From the NCBI RefSeq assembly GCF_009914755.1, contig NC_060934.1: 64,000 bases of DNA; one strand, given 5' to 3'. This DNA comes from the human T2T-CHM13v2.0 reference genome, Homo sapiens. The notes under the pieces are model-generated. The model saw only the letters and a program-made list of their open reading frames with translations, was not told where the DNA came from and did not search any database. The position numbers and the translations under genes were made by a program. This document shows, piece after piece, positions 13,909-25,500 of this stretch; within the stretch, counting starts at the first letter, position 1; every line of letters starts with the position of its first letter.

Positions 13909-15129
13909 TCAGGGTTAAGTAAGAACAGGGAATAAACACTCGTTCGATCAATGACTTCTAGTGGCAAAAATAAATGACCTGGCAGCTCACGCTAGGGGGT
14001 CACAGTCTTGGGTGTTGCTCTCAGCTCTTACCCCACGTGGGGTTGAGCAGAGGAGTTAGGGAGTTTAACTGCCTCATTCGTAGACCAAAGGCCAGAGAAG
14101 GGCTGTGGTTTGTCCCCAGCCACGTAGCTTATCTGTGGTAGAGACAGGAGTGGATTTGGTCTCCTGATGCCCATCAGGACTCTTTGCATATTCTCTTAGA
14201 GTGCCTCCTTCTGGAAACTTCCTGCAGAGCATGCTTGGCTGCTGTCCCCTTAGAAAGCCACCTAGCTCCCCCTGCAATTCCTGCTTGGGGAGCCTTAGTT
14301 ATTGCATCCATCCCATAGGTATTGACGAGTGTCTCCCGTGGGGTGCCCCTTCGACTCCAGCTCCGTCCAACTCACATTTCCACCCCTCCCCAAGAGGCAG
14401 CAGGTTTCTTCTCCAGTTCTTTGCAGCACTCTGGCCCTTGCAGGGTTAAATGCAGCAGCTCCTCCCTCACTCCCCACTAACGACAAGCTTCCCTCCACGT
14501 GATGGGACACTGACTAAGAATAGAGTTTACCACTCCTGGGCTCTGCTCGGAAACGCTGCCATGACACAAGAGTTTTCCATGTCTGCCGCTCCTCGGTGTC
14601 CCAGGTCCAGGGCCCTGGAGCCTCCTCCTCAGCCTCACCAGGCCATGAGGCTGAAGGCCAGCACCATGTCAGCCTGCTTCTGAAGCCCAAATGGGGCCCA
14701 GGAGGAGTAAACAAGGGGGAACTCGCCACCTCAGAAAACTTGGTGATTTGGACTATTTGAACAGACACTATTGAGAGTCCCTCCGCGTGCACCAGGACAA
14801 CCCGAGTGCCCTTTGTGCATCGGATCCTCTCAGCCCATTGCTCGGCAGAGGCAATTGAGTCAGAGAGGCAAGGGACATGTCTGAGGTCCCCCAGCTGCTA
14901 AATGGAGGAGCCAGGATTTGACCCCAGGGCTCGTTCCTTTCGTGGAGGCAACACCCACAAAGTGAAACTGGGTTTCCTTTTCACCTCTCCACTGCCCAGT
15001 TGCAGCCTCCTTACTGCCCTTTCTCCATCCCACCCCAACACTTGCCAGTGACCCTGACAATGAAGGCCAGGTTTGGTCGACAGCAAGACCATAGAAACCT
15101 TGTCTGGGCGGATGAACATTTTCATGGTG

Positions 15130-15305
15130 GCGGTGTGTGCGAGGCGGTTAGGAGCACAGACTCCAATTGCAGATTAGCTGGGTTGGAATCCTGGCTCTAC
15201 CACTTAGAGCTGTGTAACTTTGGGTGAGTTATTTCACCACTCCGTGCCTTATTTTACTCAGTTGACAACTGTAAAATGGGAGCGTTCTAGGTTGTGAGGA
15301 TTAAC
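15130..15305 (+). mobile_element. MIR SINE
   Basis: gcggttaggagcacagactcc..ggttggaatcctggctctaccacttagagctgtgtaactttggg..ctgtaaaatggg. Confidence 0.8.
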
Positions 15306-15467
15306 AGAGGGCCCCACATCTCTGTGCTCTGTTACTACTGCTTGGTTGGCAGAATGAGGGTACACAGTGTCAAGTCCCTGTGTGGTAGTGGTGCACAGAG
15401 AGGGGCTGGCCAGGCACAAAGAAGCCTCCTTCTCCAAGCTTCCTGGATGACTGGGCAGTAGCAGCCA

Positions 15468-15474
15468 GTGTGTG

Positions 15475-15514
<40 letters not shown>
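15468..15514. repeat. (TG)n microsatellite
   Basis: About 23 TG units with one CG interruption; abuts the outer end of inverted repeat 1. Confidence 0.95.
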
Positions 15515-15515
<1 letters not shown>

Positions 15516-16484
15516 CTGCCTGTGTACATGCACCTGTGAGCATGGTTGGATACTTAGACTCCTAGAATGAGAAGAGACCCCGGGGGGGTCACATCCTATC
15601 TCCCCTCTACTGCCACACCCAGTTCAGAAATCCCCTCCACATCATCTCTGACCTGTGTTCCCTCAGGCCTCGCTCACCTGCCTCCCATGACAAGAAGCGT
15701 GTCCCCTCCAAAGGCAGCCTGTCACCTACTGAGAGGCCCTGGCTCTTAGAAGGAACTTCCCTGTGCCTTCCTTCCTCCCTTCACCTGAGGGCCCCAAGTC
15801 AGTGCAGGCTTGCTGGCAAGGAGGAAGGGTCTGAGCGAAGCCCCTGCCTCTCCCAGGAACCCATCCTGGGTCACCCCGGCCCACCAAACTGTCTCCCTCC
15901 TCTGACTTTCCCACTGATAGCAACTGTCTCCCCTTAAGAACGTTTCTGTTTCTCACCAGGTCTCCTGTCACATGGGTCCTGTTTCCCCAGCCAGACAAGG
16001 AGCCTCACGAGGACAGAGGCCTGCCTTCTTCCTCACACCCTCGGCCCTGAGTGAGAAGAGAAAGAGAGAGAGAGAGTGCTTAGAACAGTGCCTGGCCCGT
16101 GATAAGCGGGTGCCAGCTATTATAATAAGAAATACTGTTGTTACTCTTCTTATTTCCATCATCATAACCTCCACCCCCATCTGCCATGGTCTCCCCAGTG
16201 GCATAAATCAGTGCGCCCCATGGTGAGCTCCCATCCTGCCCCTCATTCAGCCAGGCGGGCAACAATAGGGGTGGAGCTATGGGGCCCTCCCCACCTGCCA
16301 GGTCCTGTTCTAAGCATCGGTCCTCGCCCCTGAGAATACTTCCATTTCACAGATGAGTAGACTGAGGCACAAAGTGGTGAAATCACTTGCCTGAGGTGGG
16401 CGGCTATAGTGGCAGAGCCGGCAGGCCGTAGCTAGAGTCCGTGCTTATAACCACATCTCTCTCCACCACTGCAAGTGCTCAGAG
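15490..16484 (+). repeat. Inverted repeat 1, left arm (~1 kb; contains MIR pieces)
   Basis: Reverse complement of 17352-18330; 15599-16167 matches 17670-18238 with no difference found; paired ORFs 15726..15998(-) and 17839..18111(+) translate identically. Confidence 0.97.
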
Positions 16485-17351
16485 AAAGGTTTGGCCCTCG
16501 GGAGACCACGTGTAAGCAAGACAGAGGTGCATCCAACACTTAGGGCCGGTTCTCCAACACTGAGTCTCCTGAGCCTGGACTGGAATTGAGCTGTCATTGG
16601 GCTCATCCTCCTGCCCCAATCCTGGTAAAAGTCCTGGAAGTCCAAAGGGAGCCTTTGGAACAGGGTGACTTTGTCATGTGTCCCCTGCCTCCCTGGGGGA
16701 GGTGTGAGAGGGAGGGGAGTTCGATGAGTGGGAATGTGTCAATGTCGCTCCTAGGTGAGGAGATTAAGACCTTCCTGGGAAAGCAGAAACAGTCCAGCTC
16801 TGGAAACATGTTCCCCATCACACGGTGACAGCCTGCACCCGACCTGCAGACACTGCTCTACCAGCGCCATCAGCCAGCCCAGAAAGCGCACACACCCACA
16901 CACGTGTGGGTGATATTAAAGTCATATTTTTGGTTGCTGGGGAGGCGCGGTCGTCACTTCCCCTGCCCCAGGCAACCCGCTGCCAGCTCCCCTTTTACTT
17001 CCCCACCCCACCGTGGAGTGCTTGCCGTTTGTATTTATATAGATAAATCGGCCGGGCTAATTAAAGTTCTCTTGCTGGAGAGTGAGGGAATTAATAAAAG
17101 AACTTGGAAAGGAGCCAACTGAAAGCTGGGGCGCTCAGAGCTGCAGCCAGGACCCACTGCACAAAGGAGGCCGGAGGATCCAGCAGACATGAGAGCTGCC
17201 TGGACCGGCCCGCTCCCACCTTCCTCAGGGAAAGCCAAGGATGTTCAGGGGCCCCAGGAATGAAGATGCAGGCCGCAGACACTCACTGTGTGTCTTGTGC
17301 TACAATGCCACATAACATGCATTCTCTTACCTTCAGGAGGTGTGGCTGCAG

Positions 17352-18330
17352 CTCTGAGTACTTGTGGTGGCAGGGAGAGATGTGATTAGAAGCATGGACT
17401 CTAGCTACAGCCTGCCGGCTCTGCCATTGCAGCTATGCCACCTCGGGCAAGTGATCTGAACGCTCTGTGCCTCAGTCTACTCATCTGTAAAAGGGAAGCA
17501 TTATCGGGTGCAAGGATTGATGTTTAGAACAGGACCTGGTAGGTGGGGAGGGCCCCGTAGCTCTGCCCCTGTTGTTGCCCGCCTGGCTGAATGAGGGGCA
17601 GGATTGTGAGGTCCCCATGGAGTGCACTCACTTGTACCATAGGGGGGCCATGGTAGATGGGGATGGAGATTATGATGATGGAAATAAGAAGAGTAACAAC
17701 AGTATTTCTTATTATAATAGCTGGCACCCGCTTATCACGGGCCAGGCACTGTTCTAAGCACTCTCTCTCTCTCTTTCTCTTCTCACTCAGGGCCGAGGGT
17801 GTGAGGAAGAAGGCAGGCCTCTGTCCTCGTGAGGCTCCTTGTCTGGCTGGGGAAACAGGACCCATGTGACAGGAGACCTGGTGAGAAACAGAAACGTTCT
17901 TAAGGGGAGACAGTTGCTATCAGTGGGAAAGTCAGAGGAGGGAGACAGTTTGGTGGGCCGGGGTGACCCAGGATGGGTTCCTGGGAGAGGCAGGGGCTTC
18001 GCTCAGACCCTTCCTCCTTGCCAGCAAGCCTGCACTGACTTGGGGCCCTCAGGTGAAGGGAGGAAGGAAGGCACAGGGAAGTTCCTTCTAAGAGCCAGGG
18101 CCTCTCAGTAGGTGACAGGCTGCCTTTGGAGGGGACACGCTTCTTGTCATGGGAGGCAGGTGAGCGAGGCCTGAGGGAACACAGGTCAGAGATGATGTGG
18201 AGGGGATTTCTGAACTGGGTGTGGCAGTAGAGGGGAGACAGAATGGGACCTGTGGGTCCCTTCTTATCCTAGGGGTCTAAGTATCCAACCATGCTCACGG
18301 GTGCATGCACACGCGCACACACATACACAC
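17352..18330 (-). repeat. Inverted repeat 1, right arm
   Basis: Reverse complement of 15490-16484; paired core coordinates sum to 33837. Confidence 0.97.
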
Positions 18331-20734
18331 AGGATTAAAAAAGAAAGTGGGATAAACACCTTTTGGAGCGATGGCTTCTCGTGGGCCAAAATAATGCAAA
18401 ATAAAGATTCTGTTTAGTTGTGTTGCATAGGGAAGAGGCCTTGCCATGAGCGAAAATACCTCCTTCTCTGAGCATCCCAGATAACTGGGCAAGAGCAGCT
18501 TTCAGGCTGCCAGGTCAGGCCTCCACCCTTCAGACCGGAGACCCAGGGGCCGCAGTGCCAGGATCCTCCCAGCTGGGCTCCCAGCAATACTTTCGGTGCC
18601 CACAGCTTCCAGGACAGGCCATTTCCTCCTGCCTAATGAGTCAGCTGCCAATCCCTGCCAGAGGCCTGGGGAATTGCCTGCGAAATAAGTCCCGACTAAT
18701 CCCTGTAGTTGGGAGTCAGGGATGCGGGCTCTCCAGGACAGAGCAGGCCTGGGGTTGTTGGGATGATGCCCCATCCTGTCTCCTGGCCTCTTTCCCACCA
18801 CTCAGGCTTCAGTGACTCCTGGTGTCCCTGCTGCCCTCCAGAAAGGCTGCCTGCTGAGCTGTATTCCCCACAACACCTCCCTTTGCACTCCCTAAACCTT
18901 TGTCTGCAGAAGGCAGGGAGCCAGTGGGAAGCACTCTACGTGGGGGCAGGGACCCCTGGACAGTGCCTGCCCTGCTGCTGGCTGGCTGTGTGACCTCGGT
19001 CATGTCCAGCCCTGTCTACAAGAACTGGGCTCTTCTCTAGGAGCCGCCTTGTAGCTCAGCCCTTTGGGATTCCAAAATCAACTCCCAAAGGGCCAAGAAG
19101 GAAAAGCCACCATTGCAGGTCTGCATTTATTTACCCAGAGGAGCCAATTGGCTCAGAAACGTCAGTCCCGTGAAGTCTTGGACTCCAGCTCAGATTTCTC
19201 CTAAAGCTCCCAGAAGCTTCCTCAGCCCTACAGAGGGGAGAATGGTGTGGGCCGAGTTCCTGAATCCCCAGGGTTCCCCCAGTCTGTCCTCAACACAGTG
19301 AGGCTCCTCACCCCCAGAAGCCCAGTCCTCCAGGAGGGGCACACAGCCCTCCCTGTCAGTCACAGTGTCCCATGTCCTAACCCGCCCTCCCTCCCATCAC
19401 GTAGGCCTCAGCTCACCCATGCTGTCCCTCACCATCTTCTCAGAAGCAGCCACCCTGCTGCCCACCTCAATGCTATAAGCCTTTTCTTGTGTCTTCATAG
19501 CACTTATCTTTATCTGAAACTTCTCTATTTGGTTGTGGTGTTGTGGTCTGTTTCCTCCAATGAGAAGGAAAGCTGCTCATCTGTTCACTGCCACAGCCTC
19601 AGCACCTGGCTCCCGAGGAATTTTGTAAATGAGTAGGTAAGTAAATGAGTGGATAGACATATGGAGGAAGCCCCTGAGGAGATGGCCGCCAGCGCAGCCT
19701 GCAGAGGCAGGGGTCAGGCCGGCCAGGCAGAGGCCAGGGCACCCCAGGAAACAGCTGGGCCTGTTGGAGCTGGGCCCTGGGCCTGCCACCTCCTGTTTGT
19801 CAGCCCCTGCGGGTGACGGCCAGGTCCCCTGAGCCCTAAGAGAATAGGGAAACTGGGTGGGGGCAGTCGGAGGAGGAAGGATGAGCCACATCTAACTTTG
19901 GGACAATGAGAAAGCGAAGGCCACAGGAAGAAGCAGAGGAGGACAGGAAAGGTGTGAAGGACCATCACTCATCAGCGGGACGGCTGTCCAGGTGGCTCTC
20001 CAGGCGGCGCATCCTTCCCGTTATCTCAGCGCCGTGACGCCAGGAACACCCCTCCCTCCGGGCCAGCCCTATGGCCCCCGCCGCTGGAAACCTCGGAGAT
20101 TGGGGAGCTCATTTAGTCCTAACCTCCATTGTGTCTGGGCCGGAAGGTGAGGCACAGAGAGGGCCAGGGACTTGCCCAAGGTCACAGAGCAGACGTGGCT
20201 CTCCTCACACCCCAGCCCATGGCAGGGATGTGCACATCAACACCCCGACCTCAGCCCACCACCCCTGCTCACTGCCAGCCCCGGCAGAACCCTGCTCAGG
20301 CACCAGCCACCTATTTCTAGGCAGCACTTTCTGTCCAGGGCCTGGTGTCTGAGCCACAAAGCCTAAAAATAAAAAAGACAGATTGTCCACTTCGGCTGTA
20401 AATACTGCCTAAAAAGACCCAGTGGGGAAAAAAAGAGGAGGAATGAAGGGGAAAAAATCCCAGAGCTGAGCATCCATCACAGGCAGACAGGCACTAGAAG
20501 GGAGGGTCTGTGGGCATAGCAAAGGGGCTCTCAGGTCTCCTGTCCCCAGCCCTCCCTCTCAGCTTGCTGAGCAAGCAGGCCCTGGCCACTGCCACCAGCC
20601 CCTTGGACTAGATGGAGATAGAGCAGGCCACGTGGGGGAGCTGGGCCAGCTTGGCTGCCCCCAGCTGTGTAACCATCACCAAATGGCAGTCTTTGCTTGG
20701 GACTCAGTTTTTTTCACCTGTACAATGGGGTTAT

Positions 20735-21900
20735 TCATTTACTCAGCTTATATTGAGTGTCTACTGTGTGCTGGAGAAGCCATTGGAAACAAGAAGGACA
20801 AACCCTCTGTTCTCACGGAACGTATGTCTGTGCATGTGAGAGCAGGGTTACGTCCTCAAGCGGCAGGGAAAAGCCCCTCTAGCCTGGGGGACAGGGCAGG
20901 CCTGAAGAACCGGGGCAGAAGCCTCTCAGCAAAGGAAGCCCATAGGCAGGAAGGGACCAGGCATGCTCAGGAGACAGTGAGAAGGAAGGCCTCTGTGTCT
21001 GGGACCCCGTGCATGAGCTGGGAAAGAGGGGCTGTTTGTAGAAGCAGCTGGGTCAGATCCAGGAGAGCCACGTAGGCTCCAGGGAGGAGTTGGCCTGTTA
21101 TTCTAGGTGCCATGGGAAGTCACTGGAGGGTGCTAAGGATGGGAGTGACGTGCCCTGACTCAGGTGTATTGAGGGGGGTTATTCCTACAGTCATGAGGAG
21201 AAATGGCAGCGGCCTGGACGGGGGTGAAGGCAGTGACAATGGAGAGGAGAGGATGGTTTGGAGCTATACCTCAGAAATTGAGCCACAGCCTTCTGATGGA
21301 TGGGATGTGGTGGAGGTGGGGAGAGAGGAACTGAGGATATCCACCAGGTTTGGGCTAAGCAGTAGGGTGGATGGCAGTGCCCGTTACCAAAAGGCGGAGG
21401 CTCTTTCCATTGAGAGGTGATGGGTGCGCTGAAAGTTCTGTTTTGACTAGGATGACTTTCAAGGCTGCATGGGGATGCGTCCGTGTGAATACACTGGGCA
21501 GGTATTATAGCAATGAATGTGGAGTTAAGTGTCGTGGCTTGAGCTGCAAACCAAGTTTGGAAGCCATCACGGAGGGGGTGGTCTTTAAAACCATGAAACT
21601 GTGTGAGCTGATCTGGGAGGAGAGTGGCTGGGATAGAGGAAAAGGATGAAACTGTGTGAGCTGATCCAGGAGGAGTGTGGCTGGGATAGAGGAGAAGGAC
21701 TCGGACTGGGGCCTGGTGCTTCCCAACACTGAGAGGCTGGGCAGGGGAAAATCCACAAGGATCACCCAGGAGGCAGTGAGGCAGGAGGAGGACCAGAGCA
21801 AGAAGCCAAGGAAGACTGCCCAGAAGGAGGGAGTGGTCAACTGAGCAGGACATTGCTGGACATCAGAGATCATGAGGACAGCAGCGGGAGCATTGGGTGG
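20735..21900 (-). mobile_element. L2 LINE fragment
   Basis: attcatttactcagcttatattgagtgtctactgtgtgctgg (L2 3' end, reversed); gggaagtcactggaggg, agttctgttttgac, aggagggagtggtcaactg. Confidence 0.8.
21593..21698 (+). repeat. 53-bp tandem duplication (49/53 identical)
   Basis: atgaaactgtgtgagctgatc..ggatagagga[a/g]aagg at 21593-21645 and 21646-21698. Confidence 0.95.
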
Positions 21901-24900
21901 GGCAACCTCCAGTGACTGGAGATCTCGACAAGAACCCACATTCACTGCAGTGAGGGAGGAGAAGGAGGAGCGGGGATTAGGAGCCAGAGATTCCAGAGAT
22001 GACTGCAGGCGACGTGCTGCTGTCCAGACAGTGGAAGGGGAACCCAGGGCCAGTGGAGAGCTATTGTTAGGAGGAGGAGCAGAGCACCTGCAAAGGCCAA
22101 AGAGAATGAGCCAAGGGCAAGAAAGAGACTTGTGGAGCCGGAGAGAGGGCAGCACTGGAGGTGGAGGCTGGGAGGATCAGGGGAGTCACGGAAGGCGGTG
22201 AATGGGACGCTGAAGCCGGGAGGGGTGGAGATGAGCATCTTTCTTGGGCTGTCAAGGAGTCCAGGGGTGAAGGTGCTGAACATATTGGGTCCCAGGGACA
22301 GCAGGGCCTGAAGGAGGGGATAGACTGTGGCCGCTCCTGCCACACTCAGGATCCAGGCTGCTCTGCTGGGACTCTGGGCCCAGGAGGCCACTAGGATAGT
22401 CCTGGGTAGATAGCTGGTTCTCTGGGAGCTGAGGAAGGGGTGGGAGCCAACAGGAATGACAGAGTCTAGGTCAGGGAGGGCAGAGGCAGGACGCCTGGGG
22501 CCAGGTGTGCCAGAGTGCCTGGAGCAAAGCCGGACAGCGCCACTTCCTACTGGCGGACCTGTGGGAAGACCACCGAACTCTTCTGAGGCAGCCCTTCAGC
22601 CTCACCCAGCTTTACTCTCCATTGCTGGGGCACTGACTCCTGCAGGCTGTGTCTCCCAGGCCCTGGCTCAGCTGCCTTCCAACCATGAGAGGCACAGGGG
22701 GAGGCTGAGGGCTGGAGAAAGGGAAGCCCAGGGCTTCTCCCCTCCCTCTCTGCCTTGGGCAGTAGGCCCCACAGCAGCTGTCTTCTCTGTGACTCCAGCT
22801 CCACAAAACAAACCCATGAGACTCCAACTCTCCTTGCATCCCTCCGGTATAGGGTGGCGGTGGCCTCGTGCCATCGCTGATCTGTTTTAAAGGCTGCATG
22901 GGGATACGTCCATGCGAATTTGCCTCTCAGCTCCTCCATCACCTGTGAAATGGATTTCCTGCACATAACTCCCCTGTCTTTTCTGCCTCTTTTCCTAGTT
23001 AGAACCAGACTGGAACAACAAATAGTGTGGCTTCCTAGCTTGCTTCTTCACCTGTACCAAGTGGACAGCACCTCCCTCAACGTTGTCCTGAGGAAGAAAT
23101 TTGGCAATGGATTCAAACATGCAGCGCTGGGCTCAACACACACAGAGTGAGGGCTAATGGATGCTGGAGGAAGACAGGAGTTCAATGTGCACTCATTTCA
23201 CGCTGATTTCTTCAGGTCCTGGTCTGTGATGCATGCTGGGGACACAGCCAAAATCCATCCCTGGCCCTGGCTTTTGGGTCTCAGCACCTGGAAGAGCAGG
23301 CAGCCATGGAGCAGCAACACCAGCTATGATAGACACAGCAGGAGGACCCTTACCTGCAAGCTGCAGTGGGGTGGGGACTTCAGAAGAGGCCACTTGTGAG
23401 CTGGCCATGTTGGGGGAGCAGACTTTGCGCTCCTGGAGAGCAGGGACTGTGCATCTGTGCTCACTTCCCAGTGCCGTGGCACAGGGCAGTGACGCCAGGA
23501 CAGATAATGCCACACGCGGCTGCTCTTTGCAGAGTGCTCCCCGCCAGGCACTGGGCTCAGTGCTCTCCCTGCAGGCCTTCTCTCAGCCACGATCCGAGTC
23601 CTGGTAGGTAGGTGCTATTGTCATCCCCACTTCTTATGGATAGGGATTCAGGTGCTCAGGGACTGCATGACAACCAGGGTGTGGGATTAAGAGTCAGCTT
23701 AGAAATCCAGGGGCAGAGTCTGCCTTGGGCACAAATGCCTTCAAAGCCAGGTGGGAATGGTGGCTGCCAGGGTCCCACCAGTGTGCCCTGGGCGACTCCA
23801 GGGTGCATTCGCATCCTGATCTGTGTCAGTGATGCTCCTTGGCACTGGGCATGCGCAACTTACAGGAAGGGAGGGTGGGAGGGAGGGGTCTCTGCAGGTG
23901 GGGTTGGGAGTGCCCCATAGCGGTCAAGGCTGAGCTGCTCCAGTGTGGGAAGGAGGCAGAGCCACACTAACTAGTGCCTGGGGAGATCCAGTCCGTGCCC
24001 CTTGGTCTTCGGGGTCAGAAAGCTGGAGTGACAAATGACCAAGCCATCAGAGTGTCCCTTGCAATGGGCTTTTCCCACTGTTGGCCCCTAAGCTGGTTAA
24101 CAGAGCCACAGCAGAAACTGTGCCTGACCCTGCACTGACAAATTCTGGAAACTCCACAGCCTCGGAAGGTGGTCAAACAACAAAACCACTCCTTCCAGCC
24201 CCAGGGCATTCAAGATACTATCTCTGTGGCTTTCTGCTCATGATTTTCATTACAAATAAGCAGTGCTCAGTAAAAGCTTTCAATACCTTATAGCTCCTCT
24301 GTGGGCCTCCATTTCCTCATCTGTAAGATAGGCCTATTTAATTCTCCTGTTCTGCCTCCACTCTGGGGCTGCTGACAGCCGCAGATGACAAGAGGTGCCT
24401 GGAAACAGGCTGGGAGCTGAAGCGGGGCCCCAGGTGCACTCCATTCTGCTCTCCAGGACTCTGTCTTGTTCCTCTCTATGCCCATCTCCTCTCAGTTCCC
24501 CCACAGAACTGCAGTGAGTATCAGCCGCATGCAAGTCACCCAGCTTTTCTCTGCCTCAGTTTCCCATTCCGTGCACTGGAGAGAGGGCCCCATCTCTGTT
24601 TCTCCAGATGCAGCCAGAATTCAATAATGGGTACAGAGGATATCAAGCCCCAGAAAGCAAACAAGGGGCGATTAGTAAGGGGCTGGCAGGTTCGCTCTGT
24701 ATTCATAGCAGGCGTGGCTCCCCCTGGAGTTGTGGGAGGTGGCAGAGCTGGGGCCGGGGTTCTCTCTGAGCTGCCCAGTAGCAGAGATGCTCTTGCTGCA
24801 GTCACAGCCCAAATACAGCAAGACTGCACCGCCTCACCCCTCCCCACCTCCCAGAGGGTGCAGCTAAGGACAAGGCAGGCCTGTCTCTGAGCCAGTGCTC

Positions 24901-25349
24901 CGTCCCCAGGCCCCTGCTGCTCTACTTAGTGATGAATGGGCTGGGCACACGGTGTCAAGCAGGGGATGGCTTTAGAGCCGCCGACATTTATCAGCCCAGG
25001 ATCTGGCCCTCTTCCAGGAAACCTGGTCCTCTGGGCTGTCCCCACTGTGCCCCCATCCTCAGCAGTGCCAGCCCATACTTGACACACAGTAACCCTTCCC
25101 TGGACAGAGCCAAGAGGCTTTTAGAGCTGAAAGCACCCTTAGAAATTATCAAGCCCCAACTTCTACATGTTTAAGAGAAACTGAAGCCCAGAATCCTTGC
25201 CACGGAGCCTGCCTGCACTTGCCAACTGGGCTTTGTCCTGTTCTTTCCTGCTGCCTCAGCAAGTCCAGTCCTGGGTCACCTTCCAGGAGGCACAGCTGCT
25301 GTTGTTTAGACAAGGGCTCCCAATGCAGCCCACCACATGGATGGGTAAA

Positions 25350-25500
25350 AATGAAATGTCTCATCAAATCCTCACACAACCCCATGAGCTGGTCCTATTA
25401 TTAGCCCCATTCTATAGATGAGGAAACCGAGGCTCTGGGAGGTTCAGTAACTCGGCTGAGACCACACAGTGGAGTGACGCATCCAGGAGCCCAGCCCATG
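25350..25500 (-). mobile_element. MIR SINE
   Basis: aatcctcacacaaccccatgag..attagccccattctatagatgaggaaaccgaggctctg. Confidence 0.75.

Noticed and set aside
15726-18111. Identical 90-aa ORFs (15726..15998 - and 17839..18111 +) and other paired ORFs as duplicated genes
   Set aside because: Automatic consequence of the inverted repeat; non-ATG start, no recognisable domain, no splice support
21191-22155. Longest ORFs (220 and 216 aa, minus strand)
   Set aside because: Overlap a decayed L2 and a tandem duplication; low-complexity S/L/P content; no host-gene evidence
22521-22541. REST/NRSE site (ggacagcgcc)
   Set aside because: Right half-site only; the left half does not match at the proper spacing
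17267-24534. Similar peptides MQAADTHC (17267 +) and MHAADTHC (24534 -)
   Set aside because: Only ~18/24 nt identity with no extension; compatible with chance
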